Origin: Flavobacterium sp.
GTDB lineage: Bacteria > Bacteroidota > Bacteroidia > Flavobacteriales > Flavobacteriaceae
DNA: 64,000 nucleotides
Reading direction: 5' to 3'
Assembly (NCBI RefSeq): GCF_040402955.1
Contig: NZ_JBBALQ010000006.1
Span: 679-64,678 of the forward strand
Shown here in pieces: positions 50,675 to 59,752 of the stretch. Every line of letters begins with the position of its first letter. Within the stretch, counting starts at the first letter, position 1. Made by a program: the position numbers and the translations under genes. The notes under the pieces are model-generated. The model was given only the letters and a program-made list of their open reading frames with translations. It was not told the origin of the DNA and did not search any database.

Positions 50675-51433
50675 ATGAAAAAAATTTTACTTTTTACACT
50701 AATTCTTTTTGGTATGAGTGCTACTGCACAAAATCATACTACTGGAGTAATCAATTTGACTACAGGTTATACAGTTAAATTTGATACGAATCCAACAACA
50801 GTAACAATGACTCTAGTTGGACCATCTGATAAATGGTTAGGTCTTGGATTTGGAATGACTACAATGTCACAAACTGGTGATGGCGTAATAGTATCAGGAA
50901 CAATAGCAACTTTAACAGATAGAAATTTTACTGGTTCAACAAGTACTCCAAATTCAGATTCAGCTCAAAGTTGGTCGACAACATCTAATACCGTTGCTGG
51001 CACAGTTAGAACAATCATAGCTACAAGAGCTTTGTCAACAGTTGATACTACAGGTGTAGATTTCACTTTTACAAACTCAACTGCTTCAATTAATCTAATA
51101 TGGGCTTTAGGTTCTAGTTTAACTTTAGCATACCACGGTGGAACCAGAGGAAATGGTATTTCAGGCACTTTTGCACTGAGTACAGATTCATTCAGTATGG
51201 CGGGATTTAAGCTATATCCTAACCCAGCAGATGAAATTTTTGCTATTGAATTACCGGATACTATAGAAAATATTACTGTAAAAATATTTGATGTATTAGG
51301 TAAGGAAGTGATGCAAAAAGAAATTTCTAAACTAGAAAATAAAATCAATACTAGTGATTTAAGCCCTGGTAATTACTTAGTTAAAGTTATGTTTGACGAT
51401 AAATCATATGCAACCACTTTAATTTTACAATAA
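50675..51433 (+). CDS. DOMON-like domain protein with a T9SS type A C-terminal sorting domain
   Basis: DOMON-like features (WLGLGFG..., LAYHGGTRG). The C-terminus KLYPNPADEIFAIEL...GNYLVKV is a Por/T9SS CTD. Confidence 0.6.
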   Translation: MKKILLFTLILFGMSATAQNHTTGVINLTTGYTVKFDTNPTTVTMTLVGPSDKWLGLGFGMTTMSQTGDGVIVSGTIATLTDRNFTGSTSTPNSDSAQSWSTTSNTVAGTVRTIIATRALSTVDTTGVDFTFTNSTASINLIWALGSSLTLAYHGGTRGNGISGTFALSTDSFSMAGFKLYPNPADEIFAIELPDTIENITVKIFDVLGKEVMQKEISKLENKINTSDLSPGNYLVKVMFDDKSYATTLILQ

Positions 51434-51458
51434 AAATATTTTTTTTATTTTTTTTATT

Positions 51459-51493
51459 AACCCTAAAAGCTTCTTGCTTTTAGGGTTTTTTTT
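51459..51493 (+). terminator. Rho-independent terminator
   Basis: Stem aaccctaaaagc pairs with gcttttagggtt, followed by a T-run. Confidence 0.8.
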
Positions 51494-51532
51494 ATTTATG
51501 AAAATGGAATTAATTCTAATAGCTTTTTGAAT

Positions 51533-53578
51533 TTATTTTTTGATGAAATTCTCGGCAAATATCTTTCCTTCTTTGGTTTCTATACTTAAAATATATATTC
51601 CGTTGCTTAAATTTGAAACGTCTATGGAATTAAAATCAGAAGTGATTCTACCAATCGTTTTTCCATTTGTATCAATTATATGTATTGCATTAATATTTAA
51701 ATGTTCAATATTTGATATTGTTAAATAATCAGATGTAGGATTTGGGTAAATTACAACTTCTTTACCATTGAATGAAGACGCACTTAATGGAAAGTTGCCT
51801 TCAATAACATTTAGAGTTTGATTGATGTTCGGATTTGTAATAATATCTACAGCACCTGAAGGCCAAATTACTTTTATTTGAGTAATTGCTGTAGCCGTTC
51901 CTATTCCAAAATGAACATTTAAGGTGCTCATAAATTCAAAACCTTCACCGCTTCTAACTTCTCTAATTTGTTTACCCCAAACACCATGAATTTCTACACG
52001 TGCCCCAATTCCATTTCTGTTACTTTGAATACCTTGAAACGTTACTTTTATCCAGTTATTTCCGTTTGGAACTGCAGTACGAATAGTATTTCCGTTTAAA
52101 ATATCAAGAAAACCATCGTTGTTTAAATCACCAACAGCACCTAATGAAACGTTAGGATAGTTTGCCGGTAAAAATGTATTATTACCTTGGTTAAACATAA
52201 TTTTATTTCCACCACCCATTACATCAATAAAACCATTATTATCAAAATCATATGCTATATAATCTCTATTAATGTTATTGTCCAAATCCCATCCAGAACC
52301 AATTGTAATGTTTGTAAATGCTTCTTCAGAAGTATTAGTTGTATTTAAATTGTTTTTAAAAAACATATGCCCTGTATTTCCATTGGAGCCAACTAAAATA
52401 TCCATATCACCATCATTATCGAAATCAGCAATCGCAGAAGACCATGATTGTACAGGTGTTGTGTTGATTTGAGCAATAGCTGAAATATCTGTAAAAATAC
52501 CATTTCCATCATTTCTATGAAGTTCACAAGGAGGTCCGGAACATTTAGAAACAAACATATCCGCATCGCCATCATTATCATAATCTGTCCATAATGAAGC
52601 ATAGTTTCCTCCGCTTGAAAGGACTCCTAATGAATACGATCCAGGAGTTACACCTGACTGATAATGTGTAAATGATGCGCCATTATTATTATTCATGTAA
52701 TATACATTTGGTGCCACATCATGACAAGAAAACGCATCTAAATGACCGTCATTATTAATGTCAATAAAATTAGTTCTTTGACAGAAAATATATTCTGGTG
52801 GGTTAATGTTTGAATAAGCTGTTCCTGTGTTGTTAGATTTCCAAAATGTTAATCCATTACCGCCACCTAAAACCAAATCATTAAATCCGTCCCTGTTGTA
52901 ATCCCCAGCTGCAATACTCCACGAAGGCATATCACTAGTTCCTGTTATTGGAAAATCAGTCATATTAAAAGTATTTCCTGTACCTTGGTAATGAATTTTT
53001 AAATTATTTGCGCTTACCCCTACAATGTCGTCTTTGTTATCACCATTCATATCCACAACACAAATAGTATACGAGCTATTTATTGTTGAAATGGTTTGTG
53101 AAGTATAATTTACAGGAGTAGGTATTGGAGCGATATATGGTCCTTCTGATAGTTGAAAAGTAAATCCAGCTGAAGACCATCTATTATCCCATGCAATATA
53201 ATAAGTAGTTCCAGCTATAGCTGTAAAACTTCCTACTGATGAATAACTTGCTCCTGAATCATCATCACCACCTACACAAGTTAGTGTACTACATGTTCCA
53301 CTATAAACATGGAAGCGTGTATCAATTTTTGGAGTATTTGCTAAAATATTTGAGCTGATTGTTGTGGTGTAGTTTTGTGTAGGAATATATTTATACCATT
53401 CACCAGCCGTAGCTCCAGTTCCATTTATTGCACATATAGGAGTTGGAATTTGTGTTCCGTTTACCGCAGTTACTACATGCATTCCAGTTGTTATTGTTAG
53501 TGCACTTGCACATGTGTCTTGAGCCCAGTTTGAGTAATTAATAAAAATTACAAAAAATAATATAAAATATTTTTTCAT
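51533..53578 (-). CDS. CRTAC1-like FG-GAP/VCBS-repeat protein with an ASPIC/UnbV domain and a T9SS C-terminal sorting domain
   Basis: Multiple DxNxDGxxD FG-GAP repeats. The segment NWIKVTFQGIQSNRNGIGARVEI is ASPIC/UnbV-like. The C-terminus VIYPNPTSDYLTISN...GIYILSI is a T9SS CTD. Confidence 0.75.
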   Translation of the reverse strand: MKKYFILFFVIFINYSNWAQDTCASALTITTGMHVVTAVNGTQIPTPICAINGTGATAGEWYKYIPTQNYTTTISSNILANTPKIDTRFHVYSGTCSTLTCVGGDDDSGASYSSVGSFTAIAGTTYYIAWDNRWSSAGFTFQLSEGPYIAPIPTPVNYTSQTISTINSSYTICVVDMNGDNKDDIVGVSANNLKIHYQGTGNTFNMTDFPITGTSDMPSWSIAAGDYNRDGFNDLVLGGGNGLTFWKSNNTGTAYSNINPPEYIFCQRTNFIDINNDGHLDAFSCHDVAPNVYYMNNNNGASFTHYQSGVTPGSYSLGVLSSGGNYASLWTDYDNDGDADMFVSKCSGPPCELHRNDGNGIFTDISAIAQINTTPVQSWSSAIADFDNDGDMDILVGSNGNTGHMFFKNNLNTTNTSEEAFTNITIGSGWDLDNNINRDYIAYDFDNNGFIDVMGGGNKIMFNQGNNTFLPANYPNVSLGAVGDLNNDGFLDILNGNTIRTAVPNGNNWIKVTFQGIQSNRNGIGARVEIHGVWGKQIREVRSGEGFEFMSTLNVHFGIGTATAITQIKVIWPSGAVDIITNPNINQTLNVIEGNFPLSASSFNGKEVVIYPNPTSDYLTISNIEHLNINAIHIIDTNGKTIGRITSDFNSIDVSNLSNGIYILSIETKEGKIFAENFIKK

Positions 53579-53599
53579 TTTTGATATATTAAAATGTTA

Positions 53600-54730
53600 T
53601 TACTGACAAGGTTGTAATGAATTTATCCATTGTCCTATTAAACTTATTGCTTCTTCATGAACTACTGTTCTTCCGTGAAGAGGCATTCTGTATGCTTCAT
53701 TTGTTGTGTTTAAACGATAGTATAACATGGATCTATTTATGTTTCCTGGTGTTATGATTTTTCCTAAAGCTGGAGCAAAGTTTTGCATATCTTGTGTATC
53801 TACACAAACACCCAAGTTTGTTAATCCATTTGCAGCTCCTGTTTCGTTAAAAGCAAATCGCATTGGTCTATAATCGCAATGTTTTCCATTTTGGTGACAA
53901 TGGGCACAATTAATATCTAAATAAGAGCGTACTCTTTTTTCTAAAGATTTTGATGTGTCGTTATAATCAATCGTGGTGTTATTTTCTGTAGGTAAAGCAA
54001 AATTATTCTCTAAATACCCTTGCTCTATCCATTTTGTTAGCTGATTTTGAGTAAAGGACCCGTAATTATAGTTATGATTTAGATTTTGAGGTTTAATACC
54101 AATTGGGATGTGAATGGTTTGTATACTTCCATTAACATTTTCTGTGTTTTTATGACAAGTGATACATTGAACTTCTGATGGAATTCTGTAATCTGTAGTT
54201 TTAATTAAATTATTTTCATCTTTCCAAGATATGTTTACAAAACTTCCATTTAAATCTAAATACGCTTCTGTTTGGGCATCATTCCAAACATAATCAGCAA
54301 AAATCCAACCCGTTTGTTTTCGAATCATTATTCTTGTTTCAATATTACGAGTTGTATTGTTTGGTTGTATTTTATCGTAATAAAAGGTTTTTATCAAAGC
54401 GGATCCTACTGGTAATTCTAATACTTTCGAGTCACCGTTATAAGTTGCTTTTACGCCAATTGGCATCCAAACAAATCTTTTTTTGTGAGCATAATCTGTA
54501 AACAACACACTTGCTGGTGCATAAGGAAGTACATTTAATGTAGGAATTTGATTTTTTATTTCACCTTCAAAGAAATGATAATCAGAAAGTTTAGGATAAG
54601 GTACTTGTGTTAAATCAACTTTAATAGGTGATGTAGGTATGGAGTTATATTCTTCTTCAGTTTCATCATTACAAGATATTATAAACAATGTGATACATAA
54701 AAGTAAAATAGATAGTATTTTTTTATTCAT
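53600..54730 (-). CDS. Putative di-heme c-type cytochrome lipoprotein (two CXXCH motifs)
   Basis: Lipobox IISC plus the motifs CITCH and CAHCH; 376 aa. Confidence 0.55.
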   Translation of the reverse strand: MNKKILSILLLCITLFIISCNDETEEEYNSIPTSPIKVDLTQVPYPKLSDYHFFEGEIKNQIPTLNVLPYAPASVLFTDYAHKKRFVWMPIGVKATYNGDSKVLELPVGSALIKTFYYDKIQPNNTTRNIETRIMIRKQTGWIFADYVWNDAQTEAYLDLNGSFVNISWKDENNLIKTTDYRIPSEVQCITCHKNTENVNGSIQTIHIPIGIKPQNLNHNYNYGSFTQNQLTKWIEQGYLENNFALPTENNTTIDYNDTSKSLEKRVRSYLDINCAHCHQNGKHCDYRPMRFAFNETGAANGLTNLGVCVDTQDMQNFAPALGKIITPGNINRSMLYYRLNTTNEAYRMPLHGRTVVHEEAISLIGQWINSLQPCQ

Positions 54731-54756
54731 TCCTTAATTTTTTACTAAAATAGTCA

Positions 54757-54809
54757 AAAAAATGAACTATTTCAAAAATATAATATAAATAAGTTTAACT
54801 GTTCATTTT
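54757..54809 (-). terminator. Possible terminator of the thioesterase operon (large loop)
   Basis: 9-bp arms aaaatgaac and gttcatttt, with a T-run following on the minus strand. Confidence 0.35.
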
Positions 54810-54824
54810 CAGATATTTAATTAT

Positions 54825-55370
54825 TTATTTTAATTTAAGTATAATGTTATGTTTTTTTAAATTATTTAGCGCTTCCGACGAAGAAAAATCTAAAGTTATT
54901 TCCTCATCTAAATATTCTATTTTAGCTGAAATTCTATTTATACTTTCATAAAAACGTCGCACTTCTTCTAAAGTAGATAATACTAACTTAGGAACCTTTA
55001 CATTAACGCCAGCTTCATTTTTGGCAACCATGGTAAAATAACTTGAATTTGTATGTTTTACTTTTCCGGTTTGAATATTTTGAGAAATTACACGAATCCC
55101 AACCACCATAGAGCTGTTACCAACATAATTTACACAAGCTTTTAAGGTGACTAATTCGCCGATTTCAACAGGATTTAAAAAATTTACCGTATCAACAGAT
55201 GCCGTTACGCAATAGCTTCCACAATATTTAGAAGCACATGCAAAAGCAATTTGATCCATTAAACTTAGTAAATAGCCACCATGAATTTTACCACTAAAAT
55301 TACTATGTGAAGGCAACATTAATTCAGATAATGTAATTTTTGAAGCTGCAACCGTATTGGATGTTTTCAT
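54825..55370 (-). CDS. Acyl-CoA thioesterase (hotdog fold, YciA-like)
   Basis: ELMLPSHSNFSGKIHGGYLLSLMDQIAFACA is a typical 4HBT/acyl-CoA hydrolase sequence. Confidence 0.8.
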   Translation of the reverse strand: MKTSNTVAASKITLSELMLPSHSNFSGKIHGGYLLSLMDQIAFACASKYCGSYCVTASVDTVNFLNPVEIGELVTLKACVNYVGNSSMVVGIRVISQNIQTGKVKHTNSSYFTMVAKNEAGVNVKVPKLVLSTLEEVRRFYESINRISAKIEYLDEEITLDFSSSEALNNLKKHNIILKLK

Positions 55371-55391
55371 TTATTTAGTATTAAAATAAGT

Positions 55392-55760
55392 TTATTTTTC
55401 AGGTTGAACTTTTGTAATATAATAATTAGAATCGCCCCACCATAAAAAGGTATCATAACGTTCAATATATTCTATTCTTACAAATTTTCCTTGATTGTTT
55501 TTTAATTGTTCAATTACTTCTGGCTCATTATCCATTACTGAAAATGCAAATTTTTGTGAACCTGAAAGACCTTGGCTTAATTGACCTTCCCAAGTTTTAA
55601 AAAAATATCCTTCATGTCTAAATTTTATTAATTCGCCAGTTCGCATGCCGTCACTAAAAGATGCGTAATATAAAAAAGAAATATACGAAGCGCCAGCTAA
55701 TACAATAGCTAATATTCCATATATTAGGACTTTTTGAATAAGGGTCATATTATTTGTCAT
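55392..55760 (-). CDS. Hypothetical membrane-anchored protein
   Basis: 122 aa with a single N-terminal TM helix. It lies between rmuC and the thioesterase gene. Confidence 0.5.
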   Translation of the reverse strand: MTNNMTLIQKVLIYGILAIVLAGASYISFLYYASFSDGMRTGELIKFRHEGYFFKTWEGQLSQGLSGSQKFAFSVMDNEPEVIEQLKNNQGKFVRIEYIERYDTFLWWGDSNYYITKVQPEK

Positions 55761-55770
55761 ATATTTTGAA

Positions 55771-57117
55771 TTAATTGTCAGTTTCAGTTAATAATACTTC
55801 ATCATTTTCTGCTCTTTTTAGTAATGCTTCTGGTAAAGCTTTTTTTGCTTTAGCTCCCATTTTCTTCAATTTTTCAGCACTGTTAACTAAATTTCCTTTT
55901 CCTTCGGTAAGTTTATTCATTGCTGCAGAATATTCTATTTTGGCTTCGTCCATTTTCTTACCAATTTTAATTAAATCAGAAACAAAACCTTCAAATTTAT
56001 CATACAAAGCACCTGCTTGACGCGCAATTTCAATGGCGTTTTCTTGTTGTTTTTGATTGGTCCACATACTATCTATCGTTCGTAAAGTCGCTAATAGAGT
56101 TGTAGGAGTAACAATCACAATGTTTTTTTCAAATGCTTTGTTATATAACGTTAAATCTTCTTGTAAAGCCAATGCAAAAGCGGGTTCAATAGGAATGAAC
56201 AACAAAACAAAATCAGGACTTTCCATTTGATAAATGTCTTGATAACGCTTTTCACTCAATTGTTCTACGTGTCGTTTTACCGAATTTACGTGCTCTTTTA
56301 AATGAATATTTTGTTGTGCATCGTCTTCTTCATTTACATATTTTTCATAAGCTGTTAATGATACTTTACTGTCTACCACCATCTTTTTTCCATCTGGTAA
56401 ATTGATAATTACATCGGGTAAAATTCTTGTGCCTTCTGCGGTTGTAAAGGCTTGTTGCACTTCGTATTCTCGACCTTTTTCTAATCCAGACTTTTCTAAT
56501 ACGCGTTCTAAAACAAGTTCGCCCCAATTCCCTTGCATTTTACTATCGCCTTTTAATGCCTTAGTTAAGTTGATAGTTTCTTTGCTCATTTGGGCATTCA
56601 TTTCGCTTAAGCTAACAATTTGTTGACGTAATGCAGCGTGATAATCAATACTTTCTTTATGTGTGTCTTCAACTTTTTTCTCAAAATGTAAAATTTTATC
56701 TTGTAATGGTGATAAAATATTTTTTAAGTTTTCTTTGTTTTGTTCGGTAAATTTCTGCGTTTTTTCTTCTAAAATTTTATTGGCTAAATTTTCAAATTCT
56801 TTACTAAATTTTTCTTGTAATTGATTGATTTCTTCTTTCTGTTCTTTTGTTCGATTTAATAAATTGTCGAAATCATTTTCTTTTTTTGCCAATAAAATAG
56901 CAAATTCTTCTTTTTCAGTTTGTGTTTTTTGTTTCTCGATTTGCAAATTCTGAAACGATGATTTTAATTCTGCAAGTTGATGCGATTGGGATGTTAATTG
57001 CCCTTCTAAATTGCTTTTTTCAGCATTAGATTGTGTTTTTGAAAGCAGTTTGCCAATATAAAAACCAATAATTAAGGCAATTAAAATGGCGAATACTAAG
57101 ATAATTGATGTGTTCAT
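55771..57117 (-). CDS. rmuC: DNA recombination protein RmuC
   Basis: N-terminal TM helix, a long coiled coil and an RmuC nuclease-like C-terminus (..GNWGELVLERVLE..PDVIINLPDGKKMVVDSK..). Confidence 0.85.
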   Translation of the reverse strand: MNTSIILVFAILIALIIGFYIGKLLSKTQSNAEKSNLEGQLTSQSHQLAELKSSFQNLQIEKQKTQTEKEEFAILLAKKENDFDNLLNRTKEQKEEINQLQEKFSKEFENLANKILEEKTQKFTEQNKENLKNILSPLQDKILHFEKKVEDTHKESIDYHAALRQQIVSLSEMNAQMSKETINLTKALKGDSKMQGNWGELVLERVLEKSGLEKGREYEVQQAFTTAEGTRILPDVIINLPDGKKMVVDSKVSLTAYEKYVNEEDDAQQNIHLKEHVNSVKRHVEQLSEKRYQDIYQMESPDFVLLFIPIEPAFALALQEDLTLYNKAFEKNIVIVTPTTLLATLRTIDSMWTNQKQQENAIEIARQAGALYDKFEGFVSDLIKIGKKMDEAKIEYSAAMNKLTEGKGNLVNSAEKLKKMGAKAKKALPEALLKRAENDEVLLTETDN

Positions 57118-57190
57118 TTTCGGGATATAATTTGTTAGCTAGTAAAAATACTATTTTTTTTAAATCAAACACAGAATAAATAAAATAAAA

Positions 57191-57302
57191 CATATAGGCA
57201 CATAGAATTTTTGTAATCATAAAGTCATTTTATTTAAGATAGCAACACATAGCTTGAAATTTATTTACTTCATAATTTTTATTTTTTCTATGTGACTATG
57301 TG
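57191..57302. repeat. CACATAG heptamer set: two tandem pairs in inverted orientation plus one central copy
   Basis: CATATAG at 57191, CACATAG at 57199 and 57246, CTATGTG at 57288 and 57296. The 15-nt arms match at 13 of 15 positions. Confidence 0.7.
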
Positions 57303-57328
57303 TTTAAAATTAGTACTATTTTTGCAAG

Positions 57329-57913
57329 ATGAAGATACACCAACATTTTATTTTACATAAGCCACACGGTTTTATTAGTCAATTTGTTTACGAATTAAAA
57401 CGAAACAAAAGAAAATTAGGTGAACTTTATGATTTTCCAGAAGGCACAATGGCTATTGGAAGATTAGATGAAGATTCTGAAGGGTTATTATTACTAACAA
57501 CCGATGGAATGATAAGCGAATTGGTAAGAAGTAAAAAAGTGGAGAAAGAATATTATGCACAAGTTGATGGAATTATTACATTAGAAGCTGTTGATCAACT
57601 GAAAAATGGTGTAGAAATTGGTTTTCACGGAAAAAAATATAGTACTAAAAAATGTCAAGCGAAATTGATTGATAATCCAACTCAAATTGGCGAAGGCAGA
57701 AGAATTAGAGATGAACGTCACGGACCTACAAGTTGGGTTTCTATAACGCTAACCGAAGGAAAATTTCGACAAGTACGAAAGATGACTTCAGCTGTTGGTT
57801 TTCCAACCTTACGATTAATTAGAGTTCGAGTTGGAAATATTGAATTAGATAAATTAAAAGCTGGCGAAGTGCGAGAAATTTTTGAAGCAGATTTTGACAG
57901 AATTCTGGATTAA
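57329..57913 (+). CDS. Pseudouridine synthase (RsuA/RluE family, no S4 domain)
   Basis: Catalytic motif GRLDEDSEGLLLLTTDG; 194 aa. Confidence 0.85.
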   Translation: MKIHQHFILHKPHGFISQFVYELKRNKRKLGELYDFPEGTMAIGRLDEDSEGLLLLTTDGMISELVRSKKVEKEYYAQVDGIITLEAVDQLKNGVEIGFHGKKYSTKKCQAKLIDNPTQIGEGRRIRDERHGPTSWVSITLTEGKFRQVRKMTSAVGFPTLRLIRVRVGNIELDKLKAGEVREIFEADFDRILD

Positions 57914-57923
57914 TTTTTAAGGT

Positions 57924-58715
57924 TTATCTCACGATAAACTTACCGTGTGTTTTATCAAAAACAATATGTTCGTCTTTAAATAAGGTATCAAAAACACCTT
58001 TTTCAATTAATTTGCACGGTTGATCTTGAATGGTTTTTTCATTTGTCATCACAATCATTTCATCAGAAAGTTGAATGGCCAAATCGATATCATGAGTTGA
58101 AAATAAAATGCATTTTTCCGATTCGTGTGCCAGTTTTTGTAATAATTTAAATACCGAAACTTTGTGAAATAAATCCAAATGGGTTGTGGGTTCATCCAAA
58201 ATAATTAAATCTGTATCTTGAGCCAATGCTTTTGCAATTAAAACTTTTTGTAATTGTCCGTCTGAAATTTCGTAATGTTTTTTTTCTGTTAAATGTGCAA
58301 TGTTTGTAAGTTGAATCGCTTTGTTGATTTTATTGATATCATCTTCTGATAAGGTTCCTAACCAATTGGTATACGGTTGTCTTCCTAAAGCAATTAATTC
58401 CCAAACGGTTAAATTACTACTTGGTAGTTTATCGGTTAAAACCAAACTTTGTTGTTGTGCTAAATCAGAATTTTCAATTGAAAAAATATTTTTGTTGTTT
58501 AAAATTACGTCACCCGAAATTGGTGTTTGAATAGCAGTAATTGTTCGTAATAATGTTGATTTTCCAATACCATTTCCACCAATTAATGTGATTAACTTAC
58601 CTTTTGTTAATGAAATATTGATATTACTCGCAATGGTTAATACTTCTTTTTTGGAAGCATAACCAATGGATAAATTTTTGGTATGTAATATGTTAGTGTT
58701 ATTATTCATCATCAT
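57924..58715 (-). CDS. ABC transporter ATP-binding protein (iron-siderophore/cobalamin type, BtuD/FecE-like)
   Basis: Walker A GGNGIGKST, signature SDGQLQK and Walker B LIILDEP. Confidence 0.85.
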   Translation of the reverse strand: MMMNNNTNILHTKNLSIGYASKKEVLTIASNINISLTKGKLITLIGGNGIGKSTLLRTITAIQTPISGDVILNNKNIFSIENSDLAQQQSLVLTDKLPSSNLTVWELIALGRQPYTNWLGTLSEDDINKINKAIQLTNIAHLTEKKHYEISDGQLQKVLIAKALAQDTDLIILDEPTTHLDLFHKVSVFKLLQKLAHESEKCILFSTHDIDLAIQLSDEMIVMTNEKTIQDQPCKLIEKGVFDTLFKDEHIVFDKTHGKFIVR

Positions 58716-58721
58716 ATAATT

Positions 58722-59750
58722 CTAACTGATTCCTCTTTTTCTTACCAACAACCAAATTACAATTGGTGCTCCTAAAATTGATGTAATTGCATTAATTGGT
58801 AATGTAAAATCTAAACCTGGTAATTGTGAAACAGTATCACAAATAAGCATAATTACTGCACCTAAAATCATCGTAGAAAAAAACAATGTTTTATGATTAC
58901 TTGTTTGAAATACTAATTTTGAAATGTGTGGAACGGCTAAGCCGACAAAGGCAATTGGTCCTACAAATGCAGTTATGCTTCCTGCTAAAATTCCAGTTGC
59001 AATAAAAATTAAATTGCGTTGTTTTTTAATATCTATTCCTAAACTTTTTGCATAATTTTCCCCAAGTAGTAAAGCATCTAAACTTTTAATTGAAAACAAG
59101 CTTAATAACAAACCAATTATTACTGAAATACTTAAAATAGAAATTTGTAACCAACTTAAGTTTCCTAAATTTCCCATTGACCAAAATGTGAATTTTTGTA
59201 ATTGTTCTGCGGTACTAAAATAAGTTAAAACGCTTACAATTGCTCCAGTGAAACTACTAAACATTAATCCAACAATTAAAATTGAAAGCGTGTCTTTTAA
59301 TTTTTTGGAGACTAAAAAAACTAAAGCTAATACGAATAAACTTCCTAAAATGGAGGCGAATAATATACCTAAACTGGATACAAAAAGTTCTGCTAAAAAA
59401 CCTGGTAAAATCGAAGCTCCCATAATTACAAAAGCCACACCCAGACTGGAGCCAGAACTTAATCCCAAAACATATGGTCCAGCTAATGGATTTCTGAATA
59501 ATGTTTGCATCAACAAACCCGAAATTGATAAGCCAATACCAACTAAAGCGGCTGTGATTGCTTTTGGTAAACGGAAATTGATAATAATATATTCCCACGT
59601 GTCTTTTACTTCTCCAAATCCAAAAATTGATTTTGCAACTTCTTTTATAGGAATAGCCACTTGACCAAAACTAATATTTAGTATAAAAACAACTGCTAAA
59701 CCGACTAGTAAAGCAGAAAATAGGATTTTATGTTTTGCGTTTTTTTTCAA
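58722..59750 (-). CDS. FecCD-family ABC permease (BtuC-like)
   Basis: 342 aa, about 9-10 TM helices, with the typical FecCD pattern (..RNPLAGPYVLGLSSG..). Confidence 0.85.
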   Translation of the reverse strand: MKKNAKHKILFSALLVGLAVVFILNISFGQVAIPIKEVAKSIFGFGEVKDTWEYIIINFRLPKAITAALVGIGLSISGLLMQTLFRNPLAGPYVLGLSSGSSLGVAFVIMGASILPGFLAELFVSSLGILFASILGSLFVLALVFLVSKKLKDTLSILIVGLMFSSFTGAIVSVLTYFSTAEQLQKFTFWSMGNLGNLSWLQISILSISVIIGLLLSLFSIKSLDALLLGENYAKSLGIDIKKQRNLIFIATGILAGSITAFVGPIAFVGLAVPHISKLVFQTSNHKTLFFSTMILGAVIMLICDTVSQLPGLDFTLPINAITSILGAPIVIWLLVRKRGIS

Positions 59751-59752
59751 TT

